64,000 bases of DNA, taken from NCBI RefSeq assembly GCF_000143415.4, contig NW_003314359.1, positions 343,477 to 407,476 of the forward strand. Direction: 5' to 3'. The notes under the pieces were generated by a model, which was not told the DNA's origin, did not search any database, and saw only the letters and a list, made by a program, of their open reading frames with translations. A program made the translations under genes and the position numbers. This DNA comes from Selaginella moellendorffii (lineage: Eukaryota > Plantae > Lycopodiophyta). Positions 12,966 to 25,759 of the stretch are shown here, piece by piece (position 1 is the first letter of the stretch; each line of letters begins with the position of its first letter).

Positions 12966-14579
12966 TTACCTATAACCTCCATTATGAATTCTAGAAGTGC
13001 CATGAAAGGCTCCCCAGACCACTGAATCAGGCACGTAGGGCATTTTTTCTATCAGATCCTCCGCATTCTCAAGCTGGCCGCATCGTCCCAACATTCCAAC
13101 TAAGGAAGAGTAGTGTTGCCTCCATGGATCCATACCATAATCTATTAGCATCGATTGAAAATACTGGCATGCTTCATCCATCAATCCCAAATGATCACAG
13201 GAAGCAAGAACACTTGTGAAAGTTAACTTGTCCGGAAGTAACCCTTGGCATAGCATCTCGTGGAAGAACGTGATAGCCATCCCGCCTTGGCCAAACTTGG
13301 CACACAGTGCCACCATTGAGTTCCAAGCCTCGGCCTCTGGCATTGGAATCCTCCAAAAGATCTGGGTGGCGCTCTCAAATCGCATGCTATGTGCAAACGC
13401 TACCGCCATTGTGTTCCATGACACCAAATCGTGGTCAGGCATGGAATCAAACAACGCCTTTGCACCAACCAGGTCGAAGTTTTGGGCGTGGCCGAGGAGC
13501 ATCCGGTTCCATGATGCCATGCTCCGCTCGGGGATGATTTCAAACAGTCCATTGGCCTCGTCCAAGTGGCCGGTCTGTCCGTAAAGAGAAAGCATCGCGT
13601 TCCATGACACAACATTGTGTCTTGGCATTCTATCAAACAAGATCTTTGCTTGCTCGCATTCAAAACATTCCAGGTATCCCATTACCATAGTATTCCAGCA
13701 CACGAGGTCCTTCTCAGCTAGTCGTGCAAAAAGATTCTCAGCCTTCCGGACATGCCCTTCTTGGGCATATGCCTGGATAGCGGCGGTGTAGGATACCATA
13801 TCCAACTCCGGCATTTTATGGAGGCAGGATATGGCTCCATCTATGTTGCGCCACCGCGTATATCCGTGAAGCATGGTTGTCCATGTTACCAGGTCCCTCT
13901 CGGGCATACGCTGCATGACCATAGAAGTAGCAAGCATATCGCCAGTTTGAGCGTACGCAAAGACCAAAAGATTCCATATTACAACATTCCACTCGGGCAT
14001 GCTATCAAACAAGCTTTGAGCTAAATGTACAGTTTCACTGGTGTTGTAAATACTAATTATCGTTGCCCACGAAATTATGTTACGATAAGGCATTTGGTCA
14101 AAAAGGCTCCTTGCAAGCACGAAATGCCCGCTATTGGCATATGCTTGAACGAGGCAAGTCCAGGCAACAATGTCGCGTTCATGTGCGCGATCAAATGCGG
14201 CTTTAGCGTGGTGAAGATGGCCCTCTCTTGCTAGCGCTCTTATAATGAGTGTGGAAGTGATTTGGTCATGCAGTGGCATCTTGTAGTCGAAGATTTCCTT
14301 GGCACTGGAGATATCTCCGTTATCAAGAAACGCAGCAATGGCAATGTTGTAAGAGATGAGGTTCGGCTGCTGGATGCCATGAAAGACGGCACTCGCGTCG
14401 GCAATGCAGCCACACTTGCCATACATTCTCACGAGCAGATTTGCAAGGTAGCGGTCATTGCTGTGTGTAGGGCTGTTGGAGATGAGCGCGTGGACTTTCT
14501 GGCCACTCTTGAGATCCCTGGAAGTGGTGCAGCTTGTCAGCTTGCTAGCAAGCTCATCAGCGGTGGCCAAGCTCTCCAT
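12966..14579 (-). CDS. PLS-class pentatricopeptide repeat protein (S-rich array, E domain)
   Basis: Intronless 537 aa with repeated 31-aa S motifs (LFDxMPxxNVVSWN) and a terminal HYSSLVGMLGRCGQL...MPYVPDSVVW. Confidence 0.93.
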   Translation of the reverse strand: MESLATADELASKLTSCTTSRDLKSGQKVHALISNSPTHSNDRYLANLLVRMYGKCGCIADASAVFHGIQQPNLISYNIAIAAFLDNGDISSAKEIFDYKMPLHDQITSTLIIRALAREGHLHHAKAAFDRAHERDIVAWTCLVQAYANSGHFVLARSLFDQMPYRNIISWATIISIYNTSETVHLAQSLFDSMPEWNVVIWNLLVFAYAQTGDMLATSMVMQRMPERDLVTWTTMLHGYTRWRNIDGAISCLHKMPELDMVSYTAAIQAYAQEGHVRKAENLFARLAEKDLVCWNTMVMGYLECFECEQAKILFDRMPRHNVVSWNAMLSLYGQTGHLDEANGLFEIIPERSMASWNRMLLGHAQNFDLVGAKALFDSMPDHDLVSWNTMAVAFAHSMRFESATQIFWRIPMPEAEAWNSMVALCAKFGQGGMAITFFHEMLCQGLLPDKLTFTSVLASCDHLGLMDEACQYFQSMLIDYGMDPWRQHYSSLVGMLGRCGQLENAEDLIEKMPYVPDSVVWGAFHGTSRIHNGGYR

Positions 14580-15135
14580 GCAATCTCTATCTAGGCACTA
14601 TTATTATTCTCATGACCTTTGTCCAAAGTTTGTACAGCCAAATAGCAACAACGAAAGATGAGCTCGTGGACCTTCTGGGCGGTGCAGCTTGCCAGCTTGC
14701 TAGCAAGCATCCATGCAGGAATATTTTCTAGGTAGCAAATAAATATAATAATAGTAAATAATACTAAATAATATTATAATATTAAATATTTCCACATATA
14801 AATTTTGATTTTGGAAGGATCAGATATAGGAAAGACTTTAGTTTTCTTTTCTATGATTCTATTCATGATGCACTGGCCATGCAGCCATACACAAGCAATA
14901 AACATAGTAACAATGATAGTTTTGTTATAATAGTTAAATATATTTTTATATATAAATTTTATATAGAAGCTTTCCGTAATCTTTACAGTAAGCATGAATC
15001 ACATGGCTGATGGCGACAGAACAAACGTAGAAATTGTGAAAGATTCACAGATACTGAAGTTAACTGTATAGAGGGAGGCCGTGATATATATCTACATACC
15101 CAGGCCCAGTCCACCACAACTAAGTATCACTGATC

Positions 15136-16748
15136 ATGGCCAAGTACTCCAAAGGCACTCCTGGCAAGCGCAAATGCGTGCTCAGCCTGGATGGAGGGGG
15201 AATTCGCGGCCTCATTCCAGCCCAGATCCTCGAGTATCTGGAGCAGTGCTTGCAGGTAATCCTCGAGAAAACATAAACAAGATCCATGTAACATCGTGAT
15301 CCTTGCAGGAGATGGATGGCCCGGATGTGCGTCTCGCAGACTACTTCGATGTGATCGCGGGCACGAGCACCGGCGGATTGATAACCATCTGCCTCACGGC
15401 CCCGGGCGAGAACAACAGGCCGCTCTTCACTGCCAAGGAGGTGACGGACTTTTACATGAACAAGGGCAAGTTTGTCTTCCCACAGGGCTAGTAAGTTGTT
15501 CTTGCTTATGCGCGACCAAGATCAAGAGATTCAACCGTGCTTTTCTTCTCCAGCATATCGAAAGGGATCACCGGCTTGTTTGGGCCAAAGTACTCGGGTC
15601 ACGAGCTGGAGAAGCTCCTCCACGGCTACCTCAAAGACCTCCGGCTCCAGGACACACTCACAAACGTGATCATCCCGACCTTTGACACTAAGCTACAGCA
15701 GCCAGTCTTCTTCTCGTCCGTCGAGGTAAAGATCTTCCAAAGATGGGAAAGAATGAGAAAGAAGGAGAAAGGAGTGATGCCGAGGACATACTGATCGAGT
15801 TGAGTTGTGTGACACAGGCGAAATCCAAGAATGCTCACAATGCGTACCTCCGCGACATTGCCCGGGGGACCTCTGCGGCTCCGACTTACTTCCCTCCAAA
15901 GTTTTTCAACACCGGCAGTGACTCCGAGTTCCACCTCGTCGATGGCGGCCTCGTCGCCAACAATCCCTCGTTTCTGGCCATCACCGAGGCGTTTCGGATC
16001 CACGAGGATGCTAATTCCCTCTTCAGCGTAAACAGTCTTTCCATTCTCCTATAGTCCTCTCTCTTGATCTCGCAGCTCTTGATCTTCAGCTCGAAGTCCT
16101 TTAGCTTGACTCCCTTGTCCAAGTTTCTCCCTCTCTCGATCTGTGTCTTCTCAAACTTTCTCCCTCGAGTTGACTGTCCTGTCCACGTTTCTTAGCTCGA
16201 ATTCTAACTTGTTGGATGATCCTGCTTTGCTCCAGAACTTCGAAAACCTGCTCGTCTTGTCGCTCGGCTGCGGCACGCAGAGTTTCAGCTACGAGGCCAA
16301 GGAGCTGTCCAACTGGGGAGCGCTGCGCTGGGTGATCAACAGCAACCGGACGCCGCTCATCGACATGCTGATGAACGCGAGCTCGGACATGGTGGACCAC
16401 AGCCTGTGCGTGCTCTTCCGCTCCGGCCTGTGCGAGGAGAACTTCCTGAGGATCCAGATCTCCCCTCTCGACGATGGCCTCGCCAAGATGGACGACGTCA
16501 GCCCCAACAATCTGAAAGCTCTCGTCAAGCGAGGCAAGGACCTCCTCGACGAGCCCCTCCGCCGCGTCGACTTCGATAACGGGAAGCTCCTGCCCATTCC
16601 CGACGCCTCAACCACCAACAAGGAGGCCGTCCAGAGGTGAGAAGCCATGGTCTTGTTGCATCCCGAGCTAAGGTTTCCTGTTCTCTTGTTCCGTAGCTTT
16701 GCACGATGGCTGTCGGAGGAGCGTCGTGCACGTCTCGCTCAAGCATGA
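15136..16748 (+). CDS. Patatin-like phospholipase A, multi-exon
   Basis: [54 protein letters not shown]; last exon [12 protein letters not shown]. Confidence 0.93.
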
Positions 16749-16817
16749 CAGATTCCTCTTCGCTGCTGACGCTTGGGACGATTAACGTATGTGCCTCATG
16801 TAGTTGATGTCTCGCTC

Positions 16818-19652
16818 TCATCCTCCGGAATAATAAAATGGTAGTTTTGGGGTTTCCAACTTTGTCCCTCTGGTTCTGGCCCATCCAGAGCATAGCGTTG
16901 ACGAAACCAGATAAGCACCAGGGCTGTGGGAATCCACCTCCAGCACGCCGCGAGCAGCGCTCTTGGCCTGCTCCAGATCCCCATGCGTTTTGCACGCGCC
17001 GAGCAGCGTCATCCACGGCACGAAGTCGGGCTCGAGCGGCATGCTGTCAACCAGCTCTTTGGCCTCGCCAACTCTGCCGCTTCTTGCCAGGAGATCCACC
17101 AGGCACGAGTAGTGCTCGGCCGCGGGGCAAGTCCCAAAGTCTCCCTGCATCGCCATGAAAAAGCCTCGAGCAGCGTCCACTCCCGACTGGCTATAGGAGA
17201 CGAGCATGCTCGTGAGAGTGGAGCCTTTCGCGTCGATCCCGTCCAGAGCCATTCCCTGGAACAGCAGCTTCGCCTCGCAGCCGTGCCGAGCGAAAGCACT
17301 GATCATCGCCGTCCAGGATACCGAGTCTCGGCTCTTCATCGCCCCGAAGATCCGTCTCGACTCTTCCAAGTTGCCGGACTTCGCGTACATGCACACGAGT
17401 GCCGTCCCCAGAGCTCCATCGGCCTCGAAACCGGCGTGAAGAATCTCGGTGTGCACTTCCGTTGCTAAGTTCGAGGAGCAGGCACTTAGAACGCTGATGA
17501 AGGCCACCTCGTCGGGTTTGATGCCTTGCTGGTCCATCTCAGCGTAGATCGTCATTGCTCTCCCTTCACAGCCGTTCTGAGAATAGGCCCCGATCATCGC
17601 CGAGTAGCTGAACACGTCCTTCACTGGCATTTGCTCGAAGATCCTCTCGGCCTCTTCCAGGCTCCCGACTTCTCCGTAGAATCCAACCAGCGTTGTGGCC
17701 AGAACCTCGTCCAGCTTAATCCCGGCAACCTGAATCCTTCCGTGGAGAGACTTTCCTGTTACCAAGTCCTTCAATGCGGTGCATGCCATAAGTGCTACGG
17801 CAAAACTCGTATCTGTTGGCTCGACTCCTTCCAAATCCATCTTACGGAAGAGTCCGACTGCTTCGGCCTCGTGAGAATTGTTAAAGAGTGCGGTTATCAT
17901 CGCGTTCCACACCACCGCGTTGGAGCTGGAACGGGTGCTAAAACTCTGGAACACGGCCCTCGCTTCCTCCAGGCACTTGCAAGTCCCATAGAGGCTTATA
18001 AGCGCGCTACCAACAACTTCGTCTTGCTGGTAGCCAAGTCTCTCGATATCGTCTTGAATCCTTCTGCCTTGCTCTAGCAGATTCGAGGCCGAGCACACAG
18101 CCAGGATCGTCACGAACGTGATTGTATCGACGTCGTCTTTGAGCTCCTCAACCATCTGCCTGTAGAGATTCAAGGCGTCGTCGGGATGCCCGTTTTGGGC
18201 ATATGCAGCTAGCATGGCATTGTAAGCCAGTCGGTCCCTGCTAGAGATACTTTCAAACACCTCCTTGGCGTCCTCCAAACAGTGGCACTTCCCATGGAGT
18301 CCCACAAGAGACGTTTTGAGGGCAGCATCGACATCAAAGTCACTCGAGCAGACTCTAGCGTAGATTTCTTTCCCCGTCGAAAGATCTCCCAGCCCCGAGC
18401 AAGCACCGAGAACCGCTGCGTAAGTCACCCTGTCCGGCCTCACTCTCTTCTCGAGCTCCATTCTCCTGTAAAGCTCCAGCGCTAGTCTCTCACGCCCGTT
18501 TTGCGCATAAGCCGTGATCATCGCAGTCCACGATACGACATCCTTGTTTGCCATCGCTTCGAAAACACGGAGCGATTCCTCCAAGTTCTCCAGCTTCCCG
18601 TACATGGATATCAGCGCATTCTCCAAACGAGTTCCACCACCATCACCACCGCGAGTGACGCGCAGATGGATGCTTCTACCGAGAGAGAGGCTTCCCAGCT
18701 GCGTAGCCACCTCGATGACCAAGAGAAAAGTTACCGGGTTGAGCTTGGTCCCGTCCAAGTCCATCTCGCGGAGCGCTCGCAATGCCCCGCAAGGATGCCC
18801 ATTCCGGGCATACGACGTGACGAGAGCGTTCCACGATACCACATTCTTCACGGGCATGGAGTCAAATCTCTGCCTCGCGTCTTCGATCGAGCGGCACCTC
18901 CCATACATGCCCACCACCGCCGTGCCAACCACGACGTCGTCCCTCCACTCCGAGCCGGCGATGCTAGAATCCACTGTTCTTCCCAGATCCAGATCCCCGA
19001 GAGCCGAGCACGCCTCTAGAACTCCGAGAAAGGTGACAGAGTTGCGATCGCCGCTGCCCATTCTCGCGTAAAGATCCACAGCTAGTCGAGGCTGGCCGTT
19101 GTGAGTGAATGCCCCGATCATCGTGTTCCAAGTCACTGGATCCTTGCGCTCTAGGCCGTGGAAGAGCCGCTCGGCCTCGGCGAGGCTGTGGCACTTGCCA
19201 TACATCGCAATGAGCGAATTCGCTACCAAGGTCTCCCTGTCCAGCCTCCGAGCGATCGCCGCGGCGTGGAGCTGGCGCCCCCGCGCGAGATTGCCAGAGC
19301 TAGCGCAAGCGCTGATGGCACTCACCAGCGTCGTCCTGTGGGGAAGGATCCGCCGCTCCTCCATCCGATCCAAGAGCTCCAGCGCCTCGGCGCCACGGCC
19401 GTTCTGCGCGTACACCGTGAGGAGGATGCTCCAGGAGAACTCGTTCCTGCGCGGCATTCGATCGAACACCGATCGCGCCTCGTCGACGCTGCCGCATCGG
19501 CCATACATCTGGATGAGGAGATTGCACAGGAAACAATCCCCGTTCTGGCCGCTCTTGACGATCGCCCCGTCAATGCGCCTTCCCTCGGCGATATTTCGCG
19601 ACAGGGAGCACCACCGGATCGCGGCGGCATGATCGCTAGACAATGAGATCAT
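16818..19652 (-). CDS. PLS-class PPR protein (E-type), 944 aa
   Basis: Intronless ORF of P-L-S triplets ending HYSCLVDLLARSG...PWMTLLGACKTHG; no DYW domain seen. Confidence 0.95.
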   Translation of the reverse strand: MISLSSDHAAAIRWCSLSRNIAEGRRIDGAIVKSGQNGDCFLCNLLIQMYGRCGSVDEARSVFDRMPRRNEFSWSILLTVYAQNGRGAEALELLDRMEERRILPHRTTLVSAISACASSGNLARGRQLHAAAIARRLDRETLVANSLIAMYGKCHSLAEAERLFHGLERKDPVTWNTMIGAFTHNGQPRLAVDLYARMGSGDRNSVTFLGVLEACSALGDLDLGRTVDSSIAGSEWRDDVVVGTAVVGMYGRCRSIEDARQRFDSMPVKNVVSWNALVTSYARNGHPCGALRALREMDLDGTKLNPVTFLLVIEVATQLGSLSLGRSIHLRVTRGGDGGGTRLENALISMYGKLENLEESLRVFEAMANKDVVSWTAMITAYAQNGRERLALELYRRMELEKRVRPDRVTYAAVLGACSGLGDLSTGKEIYARVCSSDFDVDAALKTSLVGLHGKCHCLEDAKEVFESISSRDRLAYNAMLAAYAQNGHPDDALNLYRQMVEELKDDVDTITFVTILAVCSASNLLEQGRRIQDDIERLGYQQDEVVGSALISLYGTCKCLEEARAVFQSFSTRSSSNAVVWNAMITALFNNSHEAEAVGLFRKMDLEGVEPTDTSFAVALMACTALKDLVTGKSLHGRIQVAGIKLDEVLATTLVGFYGEVGSLEEAERIFEQMPVKDVFSYSAMIGAYSQNGCEGRAMTIYAEMDQQGIKPDEVAFISVLSACSSNLATEVHTEILHAGFEADGALGTALVCMYAKSGNLEESRRIFGAMKSRDSVSWTAMISAFARHGCEAKLLFQGMALDGIDAKGSTLTSMLVSYSQSGVDAARGFFMAMQGDFGTCPAAEHYSCLVDLLARSGRVGEAKELVDSMPLEPDFVPWMTLLGACKTHGDLEQAKSAARGVLEVDSHSPGAYLVSSTLCSGWARTRGTKLETPKLPFYYSGG

Positions 19653-20018
19653 CCAAGAACCCTAATCTACATACGCAGTGAGGCAGAACACGTGGATGAT
19701 GACATGGACAGAGATGACTCGGCAGGAAGATCCGACGTGGCGGGGAGGAGACCGTTTGTTACAGAGGATCGGGCGGTGATAAAGGGCGTGGCGGGAGCTA
19801 AGGATTGGCTTGGGAGTGGCGCGACGAGCACAGTAAGGGCTTTGACCTGGTGTGGACTCCAGCTTACGCCCATTTTAGACTTTACCACGTCATTAAACCT
19901 TTACACGTGGCTGACCTTTTACCACGTCATCGTACAGCTCAACTCTTTCCCTGAAATTTCGGAGGGAGAAGGAAGGTTTTGGCGCTGCTTGAAATTTAGG
20001 TCTAGATGGCGGTGAGCG

Positions 20019-21028
20019 ATGAAAATGCTGCCGAGCCCGACGGTCTCCAGCGATCGCGGCAAGGGCAAGAAGGAGGAGAAGAAGGAGCGGCTATGGCAGA
20101 TCAACGATCGGCTCGCGGACAAGCACGGCTACTGCCACAATGTCTACTGGGTCCATGGCGATGTGTATCGCGGCTGCTGGGACAAGAACAAGCGCGATGG
20201 TGAGTCCCCAGATTCTAGCTTCCGGATCGTCTAAATCTCTGCGCGTTCGTTTCCTCCAGGCGCTGGAATCCACAACTACAAGACTGGGATAAGGTATGAG
20301 GGCGATTGGAAGAATGGAAAGAGGGATGGCTATGGCACTTTGTATCTCGCCGACGAGGAGGTGGACAAGTACCGTGTGGTTTACAAGGGGCATTACAAGG
20401 AAGGCAAGAAACACGTAAGTTCTTCGCTCCTCGATTCTTGGAGGAATGGATTCTTTGCTTACGATTTTTTCTTTGTTTTGCTCAGGGCCCCGGATTGGTA
20501 CATGGTGCCTTTGGAGAAACTTACGATGGAAACTTTGCGTATGGTTTGCGCAACGGTGTAGGCAAGCAGTTCTATCGGTGCCAGTTAACGAATGGATTCC
20601 ACGTCTACCATGGACAATGGGTGAATGACAAGAGAGAAGGCGTGGGTCTACTCAAAATGGGTATCGACGAGCTTGCAAGCTGTGGCTTCTGAAAACTTGG
20701 GTTCTTTCTTCTTGCAGTGAATGGCGATCTGTACAAAGGCTCATTCGTGAACGACATGAAGGAAGGCAAAGGCATTTACTACTATGGCGACAAGTGCTCC
20801 AAGTACGAAGGCCTATGGAAAAAGGACGTAGCCATCTGCGGGACGTATTCCAACACCAGCGAGCAGGACAAGCACATCCCGTATCTGGAGATCGAAAACG
20901 CCTGCAGCTTTGCACCCGAGCTCATCACGCAGCATCTAGCGGGCGAGGAAGTGAGAACTCACAGCTTTAGCAGCCTGGGCCACGCCGACAGGATGAAGCT
21001 CACACCCAGGCAGATCTCGTCCATTTGA
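20019..21028 (+). CDS. MORN-repeat protein (MORN3-like), multi-exon
   Basis: Successive MORN repeats: YRGCWDKNKRDG, YEGDWKNGKRDGYG, YDGNFAYGLRNGVG, YHGQWVNDKREGVG, YKGSFVNDMKEGKG, YEGLWKKDVAICG. Confidence 0.85.
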
Positions 21029-21481
21029 GGGAGATGATTTCTCGGGCGATCGCCCAAGTTCTATAACAGTTCCAGGCATCGCTGGAAGCACGAAACATAT
21101 CTCTCGAGAGTTTCCTGTGTATCCATTCGAAAAGAAAGATGTCAGTAACAAAGCTTTTTTCAAACAAGAGGCACTCTCTCACCTTGAGCTGAATGACTAC
21201 TCCTGTGCAAAGCGGAACCAATGCGAAAGCTATCCGTGTTGACTGCCTGCCTCGCATCCAACAATCAATCCAAACCGAGATACAGACCAGTACCTGAGCT
21301 TGAGTAAAACCTTGGTTAGTGGAAAATTCAAGGCTGCGAGTCAGCGAGTCAGTGTGCCTAAAAGAAAAAAAACACGCCGTCTCGTGTAAGGCTGGCGCAT
21401 TGTTTCCGTTGCCTGTACACGGACTTACAAATTCCACCGAAGTCGAAATTTGAAGAAAAGACATACCTTTTATAATACATC

Positions 21482-24400
21482 CTAAAGAGAGACCAATTGG
21501 AACTCTTCAGGTAGTGGAAAGACTGCGCTCGGCATTGGAATCACTGTCACGTATGGCTGGGGACAGGATCTTTGTACTTGCTGGATGCGTCTCTGGGAGG
21601 TGAAGTTCACCGGAAACAGCTCTTGATGGCATTTCATGAGCCGGTTGGTGACACAAACTTTGTCCAGGTATTGCATGTTCTTCACGAACTCTTGCGTCAA
21701 CGGCAGTGTGTCCAATCTACAAATACAGTAAAGTAGGTAGCGAGGTGAAATGCGAAGTTAATATGTCGACTATACCTTTGTAAAACTCTCTCCAGGTACT
21801 TGATCCTATCTTTGAATCCCTCGGCTATTAACTCGGAGGTTGCAGCTATCGTGTTAGTTTTCGCTTGAGGTCCATCCTCATTCGCGGTGATCCTGCCAAC
21901 TGGTGTGTAAGGGGAGACAAGGAAACGCCAAAAACATTACCTGCAAGCTTCTCCCAAGGACAGACGTGCAAGGACGTACATTGCACATTCCCGATCCTCA
22001 ACAGAACTACTTTGCATCAATGCGGCTGGTACAGGAGGTAAGCTATTCTGCATCAGCTGAGTTGTTAGTTTTAGTCTTTGTTTGGCACGGGCCACGAAGT
22101 GAAAGCTTTCATCTTGGGCATAATACTCTTCGTCAATGTCCTGTTTACCACAAGAAAGCAATTAACAAACGGAACCATAGTATCGGACAAACCTTTTCTG
22201 GAAGCCGATTAGTATCAGTTGCCCATTGAAGCTCAGCAGGTCTGATGAGACAGAAAGTCAGGAATCGGAAACGATTAAATAAAGAAATACCTGATCGTAG
22301 GAAGGGCGCCCGTCAACTGAGAAATAGCTGTCCGCCATGGAATCAAAGGTGGAACTTCAACCTTTCTCTTTTTGGGAAGAACGGAACTCGCAAAAGTGGA
22401 GTTCAAGAGCAGCTGTTGTTTCATGGCTTGTCCAACGTTACCTTGAGCATTGGAATCACTGCTGCTTTTACCGGGTCCTATAGTAGAAGTTCCAGCTTGC
22501 TCGGATCCCTGTGGTACGAGACCACCCTTGGCCAAAGCATACGCTTGCAAAGCCGCTTGTACACGTTGTTGGTGTAGAGAAACCTGAGGAGCTTTCTGAG
22601 GAGGTTGCAAGTCATTGGGAACTTGAAGGAGCTGTTGAGATGCGACCAGCTTTTCATGTCCAAAACTCGACTGCGCGCTTTGCTGATTTGCCAACTCAGG
22701 TAAAGGTTGTTCGTCTGCTGCAGATTGCAAGTCCTGCGTTAGCTGCGGCTCTGATTTGCCTGGTTGAACGGAAGTTGCAGCGTTCTGGGACCTTTGCTGC
22801 GACTCTACCGGTTGCACGTCTTTAGGAACTTGCATCTGCGACCTTTGCTGCGACTCTACCGGATGCACGTCTTTAGGAACTTGTAGCTGGAGTTTCGAGT
22901 GTGCCATTGTCGTAAAGCTTGAAGCAGCCGTGCTCACGCTAAGCATTTGCCCGCCATGCTGATTCGCCACCACTTGCTCGTCAGCTGTACTTTTGAAGTC
23001 TGGTTTGCTTGAAGCTGAAACGTTTTGCGACTTTTGCATATCCACTGGCTGCATGTCTTTGGGCACCTGAAGAAGCTGCTGAGGTGTAGCTGGCTTGGAA
23101 TGCCCCAATGTCGTAAAGTTCGAAGCTGGCAACGCAGCCCCACCGCCTTGCTGATTCGCTTCCTCGGTTATCTGCTTTAGTTGAGGCTCTGGGGGTTTAG
23201 TCGACTGAACTGGTGGGGCTTGCGAGGCAGCAGGAGAAACACGGTTTTGATGCTGCAGCTGAACCACGTCGTAGATCGAATCAGATTCTACAGGCTTGTG
23301 TTGAGCATGTCCAAACATACTGGTTGTCTGCCAGGAATAATCCCGGGAGATCCGGTGAATGTCGCTGCCAAGCCTTTTCGAACTGGACTGCAACACTTGC
23401 CTTTCTTGCTGCGACGGAGTTTGCAAAGGCAAAGGTGAGCTTATCAGTCCAGCCCCCGTTGGTTTGCTCTGTGCAGAACTTTCAAAAACTTTAGCCGCCA
23501 ACACCTCGTCCTTGTCTTTGCTCTGAAATATGTTTGAGTTGTCTGACGTTTGGGCACTGGCAGGCCGAATGTTGTCTGCCAAAGCTGGCGAACGCAGCTC
23601 AGCCTTTGGAAAAAACTGTCGTGTTGCGAAGGCTGGTTTCGAGACGGGATTCTTGAAAGGAGCAGCAGGTCTGTTGACGCCAAGTTCTCCGGTAGGAACT
23701 GTTGTATCTTTCAACCAAGGCCCACCTTCAGAAGAATTCTGAGAGAACCGAACCTGAGCACCTCCCGACGACGGCCTGTGGTTACTATCTTGCATTCCAA
23801 GAGAAAAGGCCGGCCGGAATGCTTCTTGGGTGTCAGCTTTCGGCATGCCTCGTCCAAAGAAAGATGAGCCACCATCTCCCGATGACGGCCTGTGGTTACT
23901 ATCTTGCATACCAGTAGGAAAGTTCTGCCGGAATGCTTCTTGACTCTCCGCTTTCTGCATGCCTCGTCCTAAAAACTGTGTACCACCATCCGCCGATGAC
24001 GGCCTGTGGCTACTGTCTTGCATACCAAGAGAAAAGGCCGGCCGGAATGCTTCTTGATTATCAGCTTTCTGCATGCCTCGTCCGAAGAAAGGCGTACCAC
24101 CATCTCCAAACAGCTCAGCCTCGCAACCATTGATAAGAGATGCCCCCAAGCTACCGAAACCAGGAATCGCAGACTTGCTCTCTTGGACCGAATCGTCAGC
24201 AAAAAGCTTCTCGACTCCTCCAAACAGATCGTTCATATCGATAGCTTCACTCTCCGACTGGGCACCATTGAACGCCTCCATATGCTTTCCAACGAGGCGC
24301 TGCTGATTCATGTCGTTCGGAAATCCGTAGAGTGGTGCCGGCTGAATGGAAGCGTTCCTAATAGGATAACTGTCTACCTGAGGCGTTCCCATATGAGCTC

Positions 24401-24854
24401 TAGCTAGCTGCTGGATTCCTAAACCATGCCCCTGTCCCTGGCCTAAGAGAAGCTCCTGGTGCCTCAGCTTTTCCATTTGCATAGCTTGGAAGGACTGGTC
24501 GTAAAAAGCTTGCTGCTGCTGCTGCTGCTGTTGGTGATGCTGTAAAACAGGATCAAAGAACTGTTGATGCTGCTGCTGCTGCTGGAGAACAGGATCAAAG
24601 AACTGCTGCTGCTGTTGTTGTTGATGAAACTGTCCCCTATTTTGCAACCTGGGATCGAAAAAATCCCCATTGGGGATCTTGTGAGGTAATGCAGCTCCAG
24701 CATATGAGAAATGCTGGTGGCCCATCATCTGCGTCCTTGCATCGACAAACTGATTCCGAAAAATTCCCTGATCACCACGGTATGGCCTAGCAGGTGAAGC
24801 ATCCTCCTGCACAAAGTAGTTCTGAACCTCTTCAGACATACCATTTTGAAACAT
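21482..24854 (-). CDS. Q-rich plant-specific nuclear protein ('dentin sialophosphoprotein-like' family), multi-exon
   Basis: One long exon (22275-24854) ends in PKKRK..LIPW. Small exons carry RAKQRLKLTTQLMQ, YVLARLSLGEAC and the terminal CPQPYVTVIPMP...LVSL*, which I recognise as the conserved ends of this family. Confidence 0.7.
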
Positions 24855-25759
24855 GGAGAAACCGCTTGTCACCAAATGTTTTCGTTTATCTGAATGAAAA
24901 AAAAGGGAAAACCAGTTACAGGTGAAGGATAAAAGAAGAGAAAACATGGAAATTAATGAATAAGCTTACCAGAAGAAGTATCGTGAGAAGAGCTAGTTTT
25001 TCCTCCTCAGGCATTGACCGAGATGGGATGAGACGCTAGCTCTCTCCTTCCAGAATCTACAAAAACCCTATCCAGGGTTTTTGACGCGCGACGGCATCGT
25101 CTCGAACGAAATGCACGGCCTCCGAGGTTTCCATTGCCGACAATCCACAGCCTAGAGCGACGACGCCAGCGATAGATCTTGCTACTGCTGCTCCCGGGCC
25201 CTCCGGAGCTACCGCCCTAGCTCCCCGCACAGGCGCGCGGCGAAAAACCCTAGCTTACCCCTATGGAAGCGTTCCGCTAGCATTCTCGCCGACGCCGCAT
25301 CCCCTGATCTGTGGTGCTGCTAGCTGCCGCCGCCTCCATCTAATCCAGCAGCTCGAGCAGCCAGCGCCAAGCGCCAAGCATCCCGCCCAAAGAGAAATTA
25401 GGGATTTGAGGGCCAATGAGTGACGCGTAGAGTGTTGCGTCGTGAGTGTGTGTGTGTGGTGTTGTGGGCGACGAGAAGGATGCTTACACACACACACACA
25501 ATGGCTTTAGCAGCACTGGCACATTTTAGCGTCGCCGCTGTATCTAGCAAAGGGGTTGGCGGATTCCGGAACGGAATGAGCTGGCCATTCGGCCTTCCGG
25601 TTTGGAATAGCCAGCCGGCGCCTGGCGCCAAGGGCGTTGCGTTTTTCAAATGGTTGACTCCCTTCACGCGATCCTGTCCGTTGAGCTGCTCGCTAGGGTT
25701 TTGGGGGATTTTTGAGCAGGGAAAATGGCGCGCTGCGAGGCCGGCGCCTGGGAGTCGCA

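Noticed and set aside
16838-19646. Multiple antisense ORFs over the PPR gene and other GC-rich genes
   Set aside because: Shadow ORFs expected from high-GC codon usage.
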